Positions 59,800-64,000 of a stretch of 64,000 nt of DNA are shown piece by piece (positions within the stretch are counted from its first letter, which is position 1; every line of letters starts with the position of its first letter). Made by a program: the position numbers and the translations under genes. The DNA comes from Spirochaetia bacterium. Its GTDB lineage: Bacteria > Spirochaetota > Spirochaetia > DSM-16054 > Sediminispirochaetaceae. The notes below the pieces were generated by a model, which made no database searches, was not told the DNA's origin, and saw nothing but the letters and a program-made list of their open reading frames with translations. The stretch spans positions 512,001 to 576,000 of the forward strand of contig JAXHMY010000001.1 of the NCBI GenBank assembly GCA_034520965.1. The letters are read 5' to 3'.

Positions 59800-60817
59800 A
59801 TGGACCTTCTTTCTTCACTTAAAGAGATACAGGCAGTTCAAAAAAACCGCATCGAGGGTAAAAACGCCCTATTCTATGCTTTGCTTTTTTTGTCAAAAAA
59901 AGAACCCGGTCCACCGGCATTAAATTTCTCTACACCATCTGGTCTCACTTTTTCGCCCCCCAATTGATGACACAATACAAATTTCGACGCCGCCCGGTCG
60001 CCTGGGTAGATCATCCTTTAGATAAAAAATTCCCTTTAAACCACATCATGTTTCAATTTATCTGAGTTTTACAAGTTTATGGCTCAAATCAATAGGCTTT
60101 ATCTACCGTGAATTCGGTACACAGTCCCTAAACGATATAATAAAGTTTGTTGAAACCCTTACTTCTCTTTACCTTGAAAGTTCAAAGGTCTTTCTGCAAT
60201 CCAGTCTACCACCAACCGTCCGCGCTACATCGGGGGGTTTTACTTCCAGGTAATCCATCTATTTGATCCCCATCTGCACTGCATTCCATCGCTTCATGTA
60301 GAGATCGTCTGTCTGAACTACACCTTCATGAGTAATGATAATAGACAATTTTGCCGAAAATCCAGCTGAGTATCAAAGGGAAAAGGACTACCTATGGAGA
60401 CAGGCGGTGCTGATTACCGACAGCATCCTTTTGATTAAGCAGCACAGTGTAAACTGTGTTGCCGCCGGATTATTTACTCTCACTTCCAATGACTTTCCCT
60501 TTGAGGAAAAGGACGCCTATCAAATAATCGATACGCTGTTTACCGGTACGGGGAATACTCTACCGGTCGGAGAGGAGATACGTAGCTATATTCACAAGCT
60601 GTACCAGCATTTCTTAGAGGAACACCGCAGTAAAACCAATGCTAAAGTACTAGTCGATTTTCTGCGCGCCTACCCACAAAAAAAACAGGATACTCCCCGA
60701 GACCCAGTTTTCAAGGTATTTCATAAAAGGCCCCCGCAAGTGGATACTTTACGGAGCCAGAGTCGATGTGAAAACAGTATATTAAGCAGCGTAGCCTGCT
60801 TTAAACTTTTTCGTTAA
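59800..60817 (+). CDS. hypothetical protein (multiple apparent frameshifts; ends uncertain)
   Basis: ATG 59800 after GAGG/GGAG begins MDLLSSLKEIQAVQKNRIEG; the protein-like ORF 60335..60817 probably belongs to the same gene. Confidence 0.45.
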
Positions 60818-61312
60818 CCGAATTGAACTTCCGGTTCCGAGCTGATACCGCCTCTTCCAGCGCTGCAACAGCCGATTCCAGCGAGGCTAATTCCGGCTTT
60901 TGTTTCAGCAGCTTACCGATAACCGCCATATTCGCCGAACGACTCGAACCATTTTCTTCGGCAATATCATTCGCCGCAATATCCACCACTGTGATGTCGG
61001 TCCGGCTTGGTTTTTCGTCAATCAGGGAACTGTTGTAAATTAACAGCCCCCCCGCCTTAACCGTGGTTCAAATTTTCTAAGCGAGGGAGTATTCAAAACT
61101 ATAGCGATATCCGGATGAAAGACTACCGGCGAGGCAACCTCTTCATCAGAAATTATTACCTGACAGTTTGCAGTACCGCCGCGCATTTCAGCTCCGTAAG
61201 AAGGAATATGGGACACATACTTCCCCTCGCGCATACCTGCAATACACAGAAGCTTTCCCGACAGCAACACTCCCTGTCCGCCGAATCCAGCAAATATTAT
61301 TTTTTCAGTCAT
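60782..61312 (-). CDS. 2-oxoacid:ferredoxin oxidoreductase gamma subunit (frameshifted)
   Basis: AGFGGQGV, PSYGAEMRGGTANC; SANM in the following fragment. Confidence 0.85.
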
Positions 61313-61366
61313 AACCTTTCGCTCCTTTTGTTTGTCCTGTTCAATGTCCTGTTCAACTTTCCGGAC

Positions 61367-62121
61367 TTACCGGTCTCGAAAATTTCCCAACGGATAGTAG
61401 GGGACCATAGTGTCTTTTACAAAGGCAACTGCAGTCTGCGAATCTACCCCCCAATTGGTCGGACACATCGAAAGCACCTCAACAAATGAGTATCCCTTTC
61501 CTTCAGCCTGATTTTGAAGGGCTTTTTTGATTGCCTTTTTAGCCTTCATAATGCTCTTTACATCATGGACGGAAGTACGTTCGATAAACACCGGCCGTTC
61601 CAGGGTAGCGATCATTTCACAGGCGCGGATTGGAAACCCTACCATCCGAGGTATCCCTTCCATAGGGGTGGTTTTGGTTACCTGTTTGTCCATCGTTGTT
61701 GGTGCCATCTGCCCGCCGGTCATTCCGTAAATTGCATTATTTACAAAGATAACCGTAATATTTTCCCGCGGTTGGCGGCATGGATGGTTTCTGCGGTACC
61801 AATGGCAAGTAAATCGCCGTCGCCCTGGTATGAGATTACCACTTTATCCGGATGCACCCGCTTAAGGCCGGTAGCCACCGCCGGAGCGCGCCCGTGGGCC
61901 GCCTCACAGCCGTCTGCATCTATATAGTTGTAAGCCAAAACCGAACATCCCACCGGAGCTACCAGAATAGTTTTATCCTGTATTTCCAGCTCGTCCATCG
62001 ACTCTGCAATTAGTTTATGTACAATACCGTGACCGCAGCCGGGACAGTAGTGGGTTTTTACCTCACGAAGCGATTCCGGTTTCTCATAAATATATTCGAA
62101 TTGTGCTCCCTTACTTTCCAT
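61367..62121 (-). CDS. 2-oxoacid:ferredoxin oxidoreductase beta subunit, TPP-binding (frameshifted)
   Basis: [37 protein letters not shown] and CPTNW motifs. Confidence 0.9.
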
Positions 62122-63169
62122 AGTTCTTTACTCTCCTCACAATTTCATCAATATCGGGTAACATGCCGGCAGTGCGGCCATAAAAATCTATATCCGCAGT
62201 GCCGTTTAACGATAGTTTTACATCTTCCAGCATTTGTCCCGCGCTCATTTCAACGGTCAACACCTTTTTCTTCCCCTCAGCCGCCTTCTGCAGTTCTTTT
62301 TCAGGAAAGGGCCACAGGGTAATTGGTCGAAAAAGCCCAACCTTAACCCCCTCTTTCCGCAGAGCACGCAGGGCTGAACGGCAAATTCTAGAGGACATTC
62401 CATACGCAACCAGCAGATAATCCGCATCATCGGTCATATAAGACTCGAACATGGTCTCGCTTCCTTCTATCTGTTGTATAGGTTTGCCTGCAGTTCATCG
62501 TTCAACTTCTCCAGAGCATCCTCGGGGTTTAATCGAAGGGAGGCAATAATGTGAGGTTCCCGGCCTTTCTGCACCCGATAAAGCCCACGGTTTTTCAAAC
62601 TTCATATTGCTGGGCTCGGGCAATGAAACACCCTCCGCCATCTGACCAAGAAATCCGTCACCCATTATCATGACAACCACCCGATATTTATCGGCAATGT
62701 CAAAAGATTTAATTGTCAGGTCGGCCAGCTCCTGTACCGTTGCAGGTGCCAAAGCTACGGTACGGTAATCTCCGTTTCCTCCACCGCGGGTTGCCTGATA
62801 GTAATCGCCCTGGGCACCGGCAATATTACCAAGTCCCGGTCCGCCGCGCATCATATTCACCACCACCGCCGGAAGACGGGCTCCGGAACAGAGTATGAAG
62901 TACCCTCCTGTTTGAAGACTGATGCCCGGTGATGATGAGGAGGTCATAGCCCGCGCACCGCGGCAGACGCGCCAAACACCATGTTTATGGCAGCAATCTC
63001 ACTCTCTGCTTGAAGAAAAGTCCCGTCCACCTGCGGAAGACGCCGTGCCATATAAGCAGGGACCTCATTCTGCGGCGTAATCGGATACCCAAAAGTGGCA
63101 ACGGCACCCGGCAATAATCGCCGCTTCACCAAGCACCTCATTTCCCTTCATCAATATTTTGTCGCTCAT
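62111..63169 (-). CDS. 2-oxoacid:ferredoxin oxidoreductase alpha subunit, VorB-like (several frameshifts)
   Basis: [42 protein letters not shown] and EMSAGQM motifs across three fragments. Confidence 0.88.
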
Positions 63170-63170
63170 A

Positions 63171-63399
63171 CTAACTCTCCCTGAGACGTATTGCACTACT
63201 TTAATTACCATATCGGGACACATCATCGCACAAAACTTGCAGGCGATGCATGCATCTTCATCTGATACAGGTGGCGTACAGAGACGCCCTGCTTGTTAAA
63301 TTATGTCCAACATCTTTAAATATTCACCGGACATGCCTCAATACACAAAGTGCATCCCTTGCATTTTTCATTATCGATTTCAGGCTTTCCACGTGCCAA
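63171..63399 (-). CDS. 2x[4Fe-4S] ferredoxin, oxidoreductase delta subunit (frameshifted; not in ORF track)
   Basis: TTG start after AGGAGAGG; CKGCTLCIEACP and CIACKFCAMMCPD motifs read manually. Confidence 0.8.
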
Positions 63400-63575
63400 G
63401 GTTTTCCTCTCCTTTTACTATAGTAGGATTATGTTCATTATATTATACAATGTTTACTAAAATAAAACAAATATTTTTTCAGATTTTGTTAGTCTATTTA
63501 CTCCATTTAAGATATTTTACTCGAAAGGGCACCCTCATTGGCACAACTACAGCTCTCTGATATTATTTTTCTTTT

Positions 63576-63639
63576 AAGAAAATAGCCGTATCCGACTATT
63601 TTCGTCGTTTCGCCTGCCCCACAGCGGCATGCGAAACCA
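63576..63639 (+). repeat. 64-nt two-hairpin leader motif, copy 3
   Basis: AAGAAAATAGCCGtatCCGACTATTTTCGTCGTTTCGcctgccccacaGCGGCAtGCGAAACCA just before AAGGAG and the metH start. Confidence 0.85.
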
Positions 63640-63654
63640 TTAAGAAGGAGCGGA

Positions 63655-64000
63655 ATGGGATTTCTTTGACCTGATCGAAAACCACATCGTCCTGTTTGAT
63701 GGTGCAATGGGCACAGAAATTCAAAAACTCCATATTCAGGACAGTGAATGGGGCGAGTATCCCGGATGTAACGGAATGCTCACCCTTTCGGCTCCGGATA
63801 AAATCACCGGCATTCACCGCGCCTATTTAGAAGCGGGGGCCGATGTGATAGAAACCAACACCTTCGGTGCCAACCGGATAGTTCTATCAGAATACGGACT
63901 TCGAAGATCGTACAAGAGAGATAAATAAGGCCGCAGGCCGACTGGCGGTGTACGAACGAGATCAATATATCAGCAGAGATCCTTCAAAGGGCCCGGTCCA
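63655..64000 (+). CDS. metH: N-terminus of methionine synthase / homocysteine S-methyltransferase domain (frameshifted, truncated by window edge)
   Basis: VLFDGAMGT, GCN..L and IHRAYLEAGADVIETNTFGAN motifs. Confidence 0.85.

Overview
This is a 64-kb chromosomal window from an anaerobic, flagellated bacterium, most likely a free-living spirochaete (inferred from class I LysRS, fliS, an M16C peptidase, [FeFe]-hydrogenases and a 2-oxoacid:ferredoxin oxidoreductase). It is mostly housekeeping and metabolic genes: topA, mnmA, epmA-efp, an epmB-like gene, polA, coaE, clpP, era, lysS, a bifurcating hydrogenase operon divergent from rex, and the start of metH. It also holds an alpha-glucoside regulon (LacI, two GH65 phosphorylases, an Agl-type ABC transporter) tied together by four exact copies of TGCACACGGTTGCA. 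Three non-coding observations stand out. (1) A complete group II intron (17614-19482, minus) is inserted 4 nt into a response-regulator gene; its EBS1 pairs with the host AUG and its domain VI carries an in-frame replacement Shine-Dalgarno and ATG. (2) A ~141-bp double-hairpin element occurs as 3 copies plus a remnant, two of them flanked by 17-18-bp direct repeats that include an end-like motif. (3) A 64-nt two-hairpin motif occurs three times, each in sense orientation just upstream of an RBS. Many genes look leaderless. Many conserved genes carry frameshifts that become denser toward the right end; these are most likely long-read consensus errors. No rRNA, tRNA or CRISPR array was seen.
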